Assembly (NCBI GenBank): GCA_965140445.1
Contig: OZ223236.1
Span: 4,640,001 to 4,704,000 of the forward strand
Source: Candidatus Ozemobacteraceae bacterium
GTDB lineage: Bacteria; Muiribacteriota; Ozemobacteria; Ozemobacterales; Ozemobacteraceae
Direction of reading: 5' to 3'
Length of the DNA: 64,000 nucleotides
This document shows, one piece after another, positions 1 to 7,730 of this stretch. The notes under the pieces are model-generated. The model saw nothing but the letters and a program-made list of their open reading frames with translations, was not told the origin of the DNA and did no database searches. Position numbers and translations under genes: made by a program. Positions within the stretch are counted from its first letter, which is position 1; every line of letters starts with the position of its first letter.

Positions 1-642
1 AAGAAACTCTAACTGGCTCACTGGAATATTAAAAGGACCTGTTCTAGGTGATTTACCGCGAACTCCCGGTAAAACGGCCCAGAAGTTGTAAGCATTATCC
101 CTTTTAAAACTCTGAATATTCTGCATGGCAAGACGGAGCATTTTATTTACATATTGCTTTTGCCCTGGAAGCTGAGATTCGTCAAACATAAAAAGTGGGT
201 AGCCAATAAAAGCCGTCATAAATAAATTCGAATCTTGAACGGCGGCAGGTGCACGTCCTTTTAGTCCAATTTTATTCGGCATAAAATGGATATAACTCGC
301 CCACTCGCCGGCTCTATTATTAGCTTTCATTGATTTTGGAGCTGGAATCCCCAGATTTTCTCTGAACGGTAGATTGAAGCTCAATAAAGTTTTACAACCA
401 TCTCCATCAGCAGAGCTATCGTATTCACACGAAAGCTTACCTTTTCTAGCTCTTATCTGTCTGTCCTCCAGAAAAGCAAGTGAGCCAAGAATAGCTCCCT
501 TTAATTCTGGATTAGAAATTCTGGTTTGAATTACTTTCTCTACTACATTCTGAGCTCCAGCAATGGCTTGTCCCCAGGAAAACAAGACCATCAAACATAT
601 AGATAAAAATAAGCCTAAAGACCATTTTTTTAACTTAAGCAT
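1..642 (-). CDS. Hypothetical exported protein, 5' part only (runs off the window edge)
   Basis: Manual translation: ATG at 642, frame open to position 1 (MLKLKKWSLGLFLSICLMVLFSWGQAIAG...), signal-peptide-like N-terminus; absent from the ORF track because there is no stop in the window. Confidence 0.75.
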   Translation of the reverse strand, partial: MLKLKKWSLGLFLSICLMVLFSWGQAIAGAQNVVEKVIQTRISNPELKGAILGSLAFLEDRQIRARKGKLSCEYDSSADGDGCKTLLSFNLPFRENLGIPAPKSMKANNRAGEWASYIHFMPNKIGLKGRAPAAVQDSNLFMTAFIGYPLFMFDESQLPGQKQYVNKMLRLAMQNIQSFKRDNAYNFWAVLPGVRGKSPRTGPFNIPVSQLEFL

Positions 643-780
643 ACGGTACCCCTTAATCAATATTTTTTAATTATACTGCTAAGAGCAAAAACTAGCAAAA
701 ATCAGGTTCTTTTCTATGAGAAGAGCTATCTTGCTCAATACTATGAATGACTAATTTCAAAAAATCCGGTCTAAATATTA

Positions 781-808
781 TTGCCAAAGCAAATTTGGCA
801 AATATAAT
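781..808 (+). promoter_or_regulatory. Sigma70-like promoter overlapped by an inverted repeat
   Basis: TTGCCA-16nt-TATAAT; TTGCCAAA-N5-TTTGGCAA at 781-801. Confidence 0.5.
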
Positions 809-845
809 TACCGTAGAATAATTTTTTTACTAAATAAGGAAAGCT

Positions 846-2063
846 ATGAACAAACCAATTTTTCTAATCCTGTTAGCCGGAATTTTTTTTACCTTTTCTC
901 CTCTGTTTTCTCAGGAAGAATGTGGCAACCCAATCAGGCTTAGTACAGTAGAATTTAATACTAATATTGATAATAAAATCATTTCTGGCTTGTTAATACT
1001 AGGCGCATTACCAGGCACAGATGGATTTAATGAAATAAGTATTGAGCTTAACAATGCAAACCAAATCGTTTTCCCCTATCAAGACTATCAGGGGGAAAAT
1101 GCCTTATTCCAAAAACAAAAGCTGCTATGGGTAAAAGTAACCTCAAAATCTGAGGAGTTTAAAATCGGATTAACTGGCTCAGCGTGGTTTACGACAGATA
1201 CCGACTTTGTTTTCTCATCAGAACTCCCTCTCCTGGCTTTAAAGCAAAGTATTAAGTTAGCGAAGTTGTGTAATACAAAGGGGGCAAAAGCCGAAGTATC
1301 AGTATTGAATTCAAAAGATGCAAAAAAATCAATAGTTATAAAAACCTCGGACGAGGTATTTTTGAAAACTCTCAAAAGCCTTTTATGCACTAACAAATCA
1401 GAAGCCACCCAAAAAGGCCCTGACTTAAATAATGATGGAAAAATAGACATTATAGAATTTTCCTGTGGACCTGATAAAGAGACTTTTGAGCTAAAGGTTA
1501 ATGGAATTTCAATCCAGGGTAATGGTGAAGAAATTCAAAACAGTTTTGAAATTGTTGATATAGACAAATCTGATAATTTCAAAGAAATTGCCATAAAAGA
1601 AGATGGTCCTAGCGAAGACCCTTATACCAGCTACTATTTCTACGATGGTAAGAGTCTAATTTTTATGGGAAAAATTGAAGGTTATGGAGCTACTGATGGA
1701 ACTGGAATTATAAGATCCCGGACAAGGGGAAAAATTCTTCACACCTGGTATTTTGATGATTTCTACAAACTATCACCTGACCACAAAGTTTTAAGAGAAG
1801 AGAAAGATCTCTATTTAATGAACTCAAAAGTTGTTTGCCAAAATTATCTACCATTATACAAATCTCGAAATAGCACCGAGGTTTTATCAGAAATCACTCC
1901 GAATGAGTCCTTAAAAATCACCTACACAGATAACAAGCAATGGTGCTGTGTTGAAGATGAAAACGGTGTAAGAGGCTGGTTTGCCCTGGAAAACTTTAAC
2001 CAGCTAAAAGGAAGAGGTATCGACATAAATGATGTTTTTGATGGTCTTGTTAATACGGACTAA
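846..2063 (+). CDS. Exported hypothetical protein with a DxNxDG Ca-binding-like motif and an SH3-like C-terminus
   Basis: 405 aa, RBS AAGGA, signal peptide, DLNNDGKID motif, C-terminal W-x-x-V-E-D-E-N-G-V-R-G-W pattern. Confidence 0.75.
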   Translation: MNKPIFLILLAGIFFTFSPLFSQEECGNPIRLSTVEFNTNIDNKIISGLLILGALPGTDGFNEISIELNNANQIVFPYQDYQGENALFQKQKLLWVKVTSKSEEFKIGLTGSAWFTTDTDFVFSSELPLLALKQSIKLAKLCNTKGAKAEVSVLNSKDAKKSIVIKTSDEVFLKTLKSLLCTNKSEATQKGPDLNNDGKIDIIEFSCGPDKETFELKVNGISIQGNGEEIQNSFEIVDIDKSDNFKEIAIKEDGPSEDPYTSYYFYDGKSLIFMGKIEGYGATDGTGIIRSRTRGKILHTWYFDDFYKLSPDHKVLREEKDLYLMNSKVVCQNYLPLYKSRNSTEVLSEITPNESLKITYTDNKQWCCVEDENGVRGWFALENFNQLKGRGIDINDVFDGLVNTD

Positions 2064-2085
2064 AAGACCAATAGGAAAATTATCT

Positions 2086-2124
2086 AAAAAAAAAAATCCC
2101 GCTGATAGAGCGGGACTTTTTTTT
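2086..2124. terminator. Bidirectional intrinsic terminator
   Basis: A-tract, TCCCGCT/AGCGGGA stem, T-tract; lies between a convergent CDS and the tRNA operon. Confidence 0.85.
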
Positions 2125-2127
2125 GAT

Positions 2128-2202
2128 CGGACCGGACGAGACTCGAACTCGCGGCCTCCGCCGTGACAGGGCGGCGTTCTAAACCGACTGAACTACCGGT
2201 CC
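2128..2202 (-). tRNA. tRNA-Asp(GTC), copy 2
   Basis: Cloverleaf GGACCGG...CCGGTCCG, anticodon arm CCGCC-CT-GTC-AC-GGCGG, TTCGA loop; no CCA. Confidence 0.97.
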
Positions 2203-2240
2203 TGGTTTAAAACTTTTTAGTGCTTACGGCACTTTAAGAA

Positions 2241-2312
2241 AGGCGGCAATCGGATTTGAACCGATGAATAATGGTTTTGCAGACCATCGCCTTACCACTT
2301 GGCTATGCCGCC
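2241..2312 (-). tRNA. tRNA-Cys(GCA)
   Basis: GGCGGCATAGCCAAGTGGTAAGGC-G-ATGGT-CT-GCA-AA-ACCAT...GGTTCAAATCC; no CCA. Confidence 0.97.
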
Positions 2313-2327
2313 AGCAAAAATAACAAA

Positions 2328-2400
<73 letters not shown>

Positions 2401-2409
2401 TTACTAGAA

Positions 2410-2484
2410 CGGACCGGACGAGACTCGAACTCGCGGCCTCCGCCGTGACAGGGCGGCGTTCTAAACCGACTGAACTACCGGTCC
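2410..2484 (-). tRNA. tRNA-Asp(GTC), copy 1
   Basis: Identical to 2128-2202. Confidence 0.97.
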
Positions 2485-2497
2485 TAGTATATAGCGG

Positions 2498-2570
2498 TGG
2501 GCGGTGACGGGCTCGAACCGCCGACCACCTGGGTGTAAACCAGGAGCTCTTCCAACTGAGCTAACCGCCC
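2498..2570 (-). tRNA. tRNA-Val(TAC)
   Basis: GGGCGGTTAGCTCAGTTGGAAGAGC-T-CCTGG-TT-TAC-AC-CCAGG...ACCGCCCA. Confidence 0.97.
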
Positions 2571-2590
2571 TTGTCTTGATGACAAAGAAG

Positions 2591-2619
2591 ATATTAACAT
2601 TAACTGTTTTCAGTGTCAA
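2591..2619 (-). promoter_or_regulatory. Sigma70 promoter of the tRNA operon
   Basis: TTGACA-17nt-TAATAT with TGn extension and upstream A/T tracts, about 20 nt before tRNA-Val. Confidence 0.75.
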
Positions 2620-2641
2620 CAAAAAAAAATGTTTTTTTTAT

Positions 2642-3016
2642 TTAAAAGGTAACAACCTTCTGGACCTTATTTATAGACTCAACAAGATCAAAATGATTTG
2701 CAAGTTTTCCGACCCTTAAAGAATGTTTGAGCCCCAAACTATCCAAAGCATGGCCTGCAACAAGAATTTTAACCCCTGCTCTCTCTATTTTATTGATTTG
2801 AAGAATAAGATCACTTCCCTCTACGCAAGCCTTAACAGAATTATTCCAGAAAACAAGAACCCTAGGAACCATCTCGCTTTCAGATAGAGTAATGATTATA
2901 TCTCTAAAAGAAGACTTACCAATATCGTCGTTTTCACCCACATAACATTTAGTAAACATCAGCAGGTAATTGGAAATCTTTGCGGAAGGAACCCAGACGC
3001 GTTTTTCAAAATACAC
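2642..3016 (-). CDS. DsrE/YedF-like protein lacking the usual CxxC; start may be CTG at 3058
   Basis: Resembles the YedF C-terminal domain (FWNNSVKAC..EGS..GVKILV....LD..GLK..L.VG...N...VE). Confidence 0.7.
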   Translation of the reverse strand: MYFEKRVWVPSAKISNYLLMFTKCYVGENDDIGKSSFRDIIITLSESEMVPRVLVFWNNSVKACVEGSDLILQINKIERAGVKILVAGHALDSLGLKHSLRVGKLANHFDLVESINKVQKVVTF

Positions 3017-3054
3017 GCCTTCAAAATATTCGTGGTTTAGTTCTTTTCTTTGAC

Positions 3055-3201
3055 TCAGGGTTCGGTACCTACATTGTTTTTTATTATTATATCACCCAGT
3101 AAGGAGCTAAGCAAGAAAAGCAAAAATAACCATATTAAAGCCCTTGCCAAATTCTCTAAAATGATTATAAATAATCTTTGTGTATTATTTGACACTTTCA
3201 T
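3055..3201 (-). CDS. Possible small membrane protein (48 aa)
   Basis: MKVSNNTQRLFIIILENLARALIWLFLLFLLSSLLG...; its TGA overlaps an in-frame CTG of the downstream gene (CTGA). Confidence 0.4.
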   Translation of the reverse strand: MKVSNNTQRLFIIILENLARALIWLFLLFLLSSLLGDIIIKNNVGTEP

Positions 3202-3319
3202 TGCTTGACAGCCATGTACCTCTATGCTAATGTCATTGCATATAGGCACAGTCTATAACATGGAAGAGCTTTGAAAAAAGTTATACCCTTCATGGATTCG
3301 CGAAAGGAGACTTGGGTTG

Positions 3320-4084
3320 ATGTTAAAACGTTTATCAATCATTTTGAGTGTTTTGGTTCTTGTATCGGTGGCTTTTACAGCTACAGCGGCAGAAAAGGTG
3401 CTCCTGCAGTATAATCCTGCACCAGGCACAACTGCTAAGTATAAAATGAACATTCGTGGAAACACAATTGTTACTGCTTACAAAAGAGCCCAGAGAACAA
3501 ACCTGGAAACCAGCATGACAATCAAACAGGATGTTACTGGTGTTGATCAGCAGGGTAACGTTGAAATGGCTACTACCATTATCGACGGAACTATTACTGT
3601 TAATAACACTCCTACCCAGCTTCCAAACATTGGCCAGATTATTAAAGTAAAAATGGCCAAGAATGGTGAAATCATTTCTTCAACAGGAATGGATCAGCAG
3701 GGTAATTTCAATCAGATGCAGATTAAATTTCCTAGCAAACCAGTAGGTGTTGGCGATTCTTGGGATTCCAATATCAAACCTAATCCTCAACTCCCAATTC
3801 CAATGGAAGTAAAATATACTGTTGTTGGTTTTGAAAATGTTGGTGGCGAAGAGTGTGTAAAACTTAAATCTCAGGTTACAAGCTCTCAAGGATCAGCTGG
3901 AAGCATTAATCTTAAAGTTAAAGCTAACGGTAACATCTGGTTTGCTTACAAAAAAGGCATCATGATTCAGAACGAAGTTACTTCTAACATGATCATGATC
4001 ATGGAAAATGATCTTGGTGGTGGAAAGAAAGAAAAAATCGAAACTCGCATGAACCTCAGCCTTAAAATGGGTTTGACAAAATAA
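3320..4084 (+). CDS. Exported beta-rich hypothetical protein (DUF6263-like)
   Basis: RBS AAGGAG, signal peptide ending ATA-AEK, LQYNPAPG..KY and FPSKPVGVGDSW motifs. Confidence 0.7.
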   Translation: MLKRLSIILSVLVLVSVAFTATAAEKVLLQYNPAPGTTAKYKMNIRGNTIVTAYKRAQRTNLETSMTIKQDVTGVDQQGNVEMATTIIDGTITVNNTPTQLPNIGQIIKVKMAKNGEIISSTGMDQQGNFNQMQIKFPSKPVGVGDSWDSNIKPNPQLPIPMEVKYTVVGFENVGGEECVKLKSQVTSSQGSAGSINLKVKANGNIWFAYKKGIMIQNEVTSNMIMIMENDLGGGKKEKIETRMNLSLKMGLTK

Positions 4085-4104
4085 AAATAATTTATTAGGT
4101 ACCC

Positions 4105-4133
4105 TTGACGCTTCCAATTTTGATTCTTATAAT
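4105..4133 (+). promoter_or_regulatory. Sigma70 promoter
   Basis: TTGACG-17nt-TATAAT. Confidence 0.8.
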
Positions 4134-4139
4134 TTAACA

Positions 4140-4407
4140 CAAGATACGAAAAGATCTTTGAAATTTATATCAGAATCCCAGCAGTGAAGCAAAATCCAGG
4201 AGATTGTCTAACAATCTTCGGGTACAAAATAGTGAAAGCTGGAGCCTCGTTTTAACCCGAAACGGGGCTCCTTCTATATCCCGATACTTACCCGGTATCA
4301 AAAGTTACTACCTACCTACCCAAATATTCCCACTCTTTGAAAGGAGGAAAGGATCTAAGCGAAAATTTACTATATTTTACGAGATCCTATACAGGAGGAA
4401 AAAAGTT
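4140..4407 (+). promoter_or_regulatory. Long structured 5' leader (attenuator/riboswitch candidate)
   Basis: About 270 nt between promoter and ATG 4408; hairpins at 4201-4217 and 4241-4271 (12-bp stem) plus an alternative pairing 4217-4223/4255-4261. Confidence 0.45.
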
Positions 4408-5316
4408 ATGAGGTTGAAACGCAGTATATTGAAAACAATCGCGACAACCCTGACTGTAGTTATGCTGTTAACTGCCTTCGGAACAAGTGCCCACGCAGGT
4501 CTGTTCACGAAGATCAAAGACACAGTAAAAAACAACCCTGTTAAATCCGCATTAGCTGGCGTTGCAGCAGTTGGTGGAGCCATACTTGGAGCCCCATACA
4601 TTGCAAGCGCAGTAGGATTTGCATCAGGTTCAGTCGCAGGAGTCGCAGGCGGAGCAACTGCCGCAGTAGCAGGAGCTGGAGCTGGCTTAGCTGGCATAGG
4701 CGCAACCATCTGGGGCGGCATTAGTGCAGCTGGTGGTTTTATCACTGGTACTCTTGGAGCTATCGGTGGAGCTATTGGTAGTGTGTTCTCTGGAATCGCA
4801 GGATTCATCGGTGGAATCATCGGAAGTCCTCTCTTTATCCCAGCTCTTTGCCTTGTAGGCGCAGCAGTTGCCGGATATTTCATCTGGAAAAAATTCAGAC
4901 GCCAGAAACAGACAATCAGCAACGGAAGCAACATTCCTTCAGCTGGTCCAGTTGCGGCACCAACAACAGAAGTTGTAGTTAGTGGAGACTTCCAGGCACC
5001 GAGTTCTTCTGAAATCCCTCAGGTTAGTTCAACTGAAGTAGTAGTTAGCGCAGACGCTCAGGCTCCAGTTACTGAAGGAACTCCAGAACCAGCTCCAACA
5101 GGAAATTCATCAACAGCTTTGAAATCAGCACATGCTGAATACATTCAGGCTTACAACAAGTACATTAACATGGTTACCAACATCGGTGGCAGCGAAAACC
5201 CCGACGAGGAACTAAAATCTAACATGCTTCGCTCTGATACTCAGACTGCTCTGAATAACTATCGTGAAGCATACAATCGCTACATCACTCTCCTTAGACA
5301 GAGCAATTCGAAGTAG
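4408..5316 (+). CDS. Secreted glycine-zipper protein with Tyr-periodic C-terminal helical motif (paralogue A)
   Basis: RBS CAGGAGG before ATG 4408; signal ending AHA; about 110 aa Gly/Ala hydrophobic region; AHAEYIQAYNKY...YREAYNRY. Confidence 0.8.
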   Translation: MRLKRSILKTIATTLTVVMLLTAFGTSAHAGLFTKIKDTVKNNPVKSALAGVAAVGGAILGAPYIASAVGFASGSVAGVAGGATAAVAGAGAGLAGIGATIWGGISAAGGFITGTLGAIGGAIGSVFSGIAGFIGGIIGSPLFIPALCLVGAAVAGYFIWKKFRRQKQTISNGSNIPSAGPVAAPTTEVVVSGDFQAPSSSEIPQVSSTEVVVSADAQAPVTEGTPEPAPTGNSSTALKSAHAEYIQAYNKYINMVTNIGGSENPDEELKSNMLRSDTQTALNNYREAYNRYITLLRQSNSK

Positions 5317-5323
5317 CTGATGT

Positions 5324-5366
5324 AAAAAAAAAGACCCGAGCCATCCGGCTCGGGTCTTTTTTTTTT
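5324..5366. terminator. Bidirectional intrinsic terminator
   Basis: A-tract, GACCCGAGCC/GGCTCGGGTC stem, T-tract. Confidence 0.92.
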
Positions 5367-5372
5367 AGGAAT

Positions 5373-6272
5373 TTAGCTCATTGTAACTTTGAAGCCATGC
5401 CAATCACCTTCGGTGATTTCCGACAAATCTTTCCAACCGTTTTCTGCCATACACTTTTTAACAGCTGGAGCATTAGAAGAGTTTACTCCGGAAAATACTC
5501 CCCAACCTCCAGATTTAACCCATGGGGAAAAAACCGACATGAACTCTAACAAAACTGGTGAAGTGATGTTAGCTGCAAGACCATCAAATTTTGACTCGGG
5601 TTCAAAACTTCCTAGATCAGAACATATCATTTTTAGTTGATCTGAAATATTATTTAGCTTTGCATTTTTTTTCATGTTTTCAACTGCTGGACCTTCTATT
5701 TCAATGGCGACGCCACTTTTGGCGCCTCTTTTCATAAGATAAAAAGACAAAATTCCACTTCCAGCACCTAAATCTACAAAGGTTTCACCATTAACATCGA
5801 TCCCCTCCAAAAACTCAAGGCAAAGTCTGGTTGTTTCATGAGTTCCTGTTCCAAATGCCATTCCGGGATCGATTAGAATAGTTGTAGCCGATTTTTCCTG
5901 TTCTAAAGGCTCAGCCCATGGCGGGCGAATTACAATTTTATCTTTAAGCAAAATAGGTTTGAAATGAGCCTTGAAACCTTCCATCCAATCCTGATTTTCA
6001 CTATATTCTTCGAGGCTAAGAGCAGAAGAATCAACAGAAAAATCCTTCATCCAGGCAATAATCTCAGCTTCAATGCCTTCAGCATCCTGTTCAACCGTTG
6101 AAACTATAAAGCTTACAATAGTTTCACCTGTAAATTCATAATCGGTCTCGCCCATTCCAGGCACATCTCGAATCTGCGGATTTGAAAAAACTCCCACTCC
6201 AAATCTTTCTGCTAAACCATTAAGCGGTTCTTCAAGTTCTGTGGGAATCAAAATATTAAATCGCTTCAGCAT
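5373..6272 (-). CDS. prmA: Ribosomal protein L11 methyltransferase
   Basis: IDPGMAFGTGTHETT, DLGAGSGILS, ANI motifs. Confidence 0.92.
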   Translation of the reverse strand: MLKRFNILIPTELEEPLNGLAERFGVGVFSNPQIRDVPGMGETDYEFTGETIVSFIVSTVEQDAEGIEAEIIAWMKDFSVDSSALSLEEYSENQDWMEGFKAHFKPILLKDKIVIRPPWAEPLEQEKSATTILIDPGMAFGTGTHETTRLCLEFLEGIDVNGETFVDLGAGSGILSFYLMKRGAKSGVAIEIEGPAVENMKKNAKLNNISDQLKMICSDLGSFEPESKFDGLAANITSPVLLEFMSVFSPWVKSGGWGVFSGVNSSNAPAVKKCMAENGWKDLSEITEGDWHGFKVTMS

Positions 6273-6282
6273 CTTTTCTTAT

Positions 6283-7566
6283 TTAGCTCCATTTATTAAT
6301 TAGACTTTTGACTTTTTCAACAAAGATTTTATCTGAGGCAAATTTTTCAACTAACTGTCTCAAAATAGTTAAGGCTTCTTCTTTTTCGCCCATCGCATTT
6401 AGTGCTTCTGCTTTTCCCATCAAAGCAAATCTGTCTTCTGCATCAAATTCTTTTAAAACCTGGTCATAGGTTCTCATTGCTCTATCATTCAAACCAACAT
6501 CCAGAAACATTCTTCCCAGAACATTTACTGCATAAACATCGTCTGGTTCATAATTAAGAGCAAACATCAAATTATAAATTGCATTTGGATAGTCCTGCTT
6601 TTCCTGATAAGCTTTCCCAAGATTGTAATAAGCAAAAGCGTAATCAGGCTGTATTTCAATAGCTTTCTTCAGGTAGCCAATAGCCTCTTCAAGCTCTTTT
6701 TTCATTATCAGTAATTTTCCCATATTGCTAAGGGTAAAAACATCTTCAGGATCTAGTGAAATTGCTGTAGCGAATTGCTTTTGAGCTTCTTCCAGCATTC
6801 CCTTGTCCATAAAAATCATTCCAAGATTTTTACTGATTGAGAGTTTCTCTGACTCCGAAGATAAAGCAATATTGAAATGCTCGTTAGCCTGTTCCAGAGA
6901 AGAGGAAGTTTCAAGACAAATTCTTCCAAGGTAATAATGCGCTTCACTATTGCTGGAATCAATCGCCAGAACCCTGTTAAAATAATTTTGGGACGTAGAA
7001 AATTCTCGTAACTCAAGCTCTAATCTGCCAAGTAAAACCATAGCAGCAATGTTCTGAGAATCTTTTTTCAAAATTTCATTGGCTAGTCTTTCAGCTTCGA
7101 CGGGATCGCCAAGCTCAAACATTACAGTGGCAAGACTAACTTTGTTATATAAATCACCAGGATCTACTTCCAAAGCCTTTTCAAGAATACTTACACACTT
7201 TTTGTAATCACCTTTCATTCTATAAGCCAAAGCCAATGAATTGCTTGCATACTTGTCTTTGGGGTTTTTCTGAACGGTAACTTCAAGAGTTTCAATTGCT
7301 TTTTCAATATTTCCTTGCTCTAAATAGGTGTTACCAACCAGATAATTAGTGTATAAGTCTTCCTGTTTAACTTTTAAAGAATCATCCAGCAAATCCATGG
7401 CACCTTTGAAATCTCCCATTTCCTTAAGGACCATAGCCAGCTTATTCATTGTATAAATGTCATTAGGCTTATGCTTTAACGCCTCACCAAAAAAATTCTT
7501 TGCATCCTGAAGTTTATTTTCTTTTAAAGCTTCATTCCCTTTGGTATAGGCTTCTTGAAAATCCAT
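6283..7566 (-). CDS. TPR repeat protein (TPR throughout)
   Basis: Repeated 34-aa TPR pattern over 427 aa; RBS AGGAGG. Confidence 0.85.
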   Translation of the reverse strand: MDFQEAYTKGNEALKENKLQDAKNFFGEALKHKPNDIYTMNKLAMVLKEMGDFKGAMDLLDDSLKVKQEDLYTNYLVGNTYLEQGNIEKAIETLEVTVQKNPKDKYASNSLALAYRMKGDYKKCVSILEKALEVDPGDLYNKVSLATVMFELGDPVEAERLANEILKKDSQNIAAMVLLGRLELELREFSTSQNYFNRVLAIDSSNSEAHYYLGRICLETSSSLEQANEHFNIALSSESEKLSISKNLGMIFMDKGMLEEAQKQFATAISLDPEDVFTLSNMGKLLIMKKELEEAIGYLKKAIEIQPDYAFAYYNLGKAYQEKQDYPNAIYNLMFALNYEPDDVYAVNVLGRMFLDVGLNDRAMRTYDQVLKEFDAEDRFALMGKAEALNAMGEKEEALTILRQLVEKFASDKIFVEKVKSLINKWS

Positions 7567-7730
7567 TAACGGGCCTCCTGCACTCTATCTATAGTAAGCG
7601 AATTCTATATTATAAAATCTCTCTCGCAAAAGCGTTTTAGAACAAAACGTTTTTACCATATTACTCTTTTGAAAGAATTTCTTCCAAACTTTATTTACTT
7701 ATAATTGAAATACAGTGAGACAGCAGCAGT

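Noticed and set aside
2504..2719. 71-aa ORF MTGSNRRPPGCKPGALPTEL
   Set aside because: Antisense translation of tRNA-Val, a well-known artefact.
4204..4407. 68-aa N-terminal extension of the 4204-5316 ORF (similar extensions at 22785-22937 and 42784-42867)
   Set aside because: A strong RBS and signal peptide begin at the downstream ATG; the extensions run through promoter or leader sequence.
4377..4934. Antisense Pro/Ala-rich ORFs (also 42296-42685 and 15093-15437)
   Set aside because: Mirror frames of Gly/Ala- or Lys/Ala-rich sense genes.
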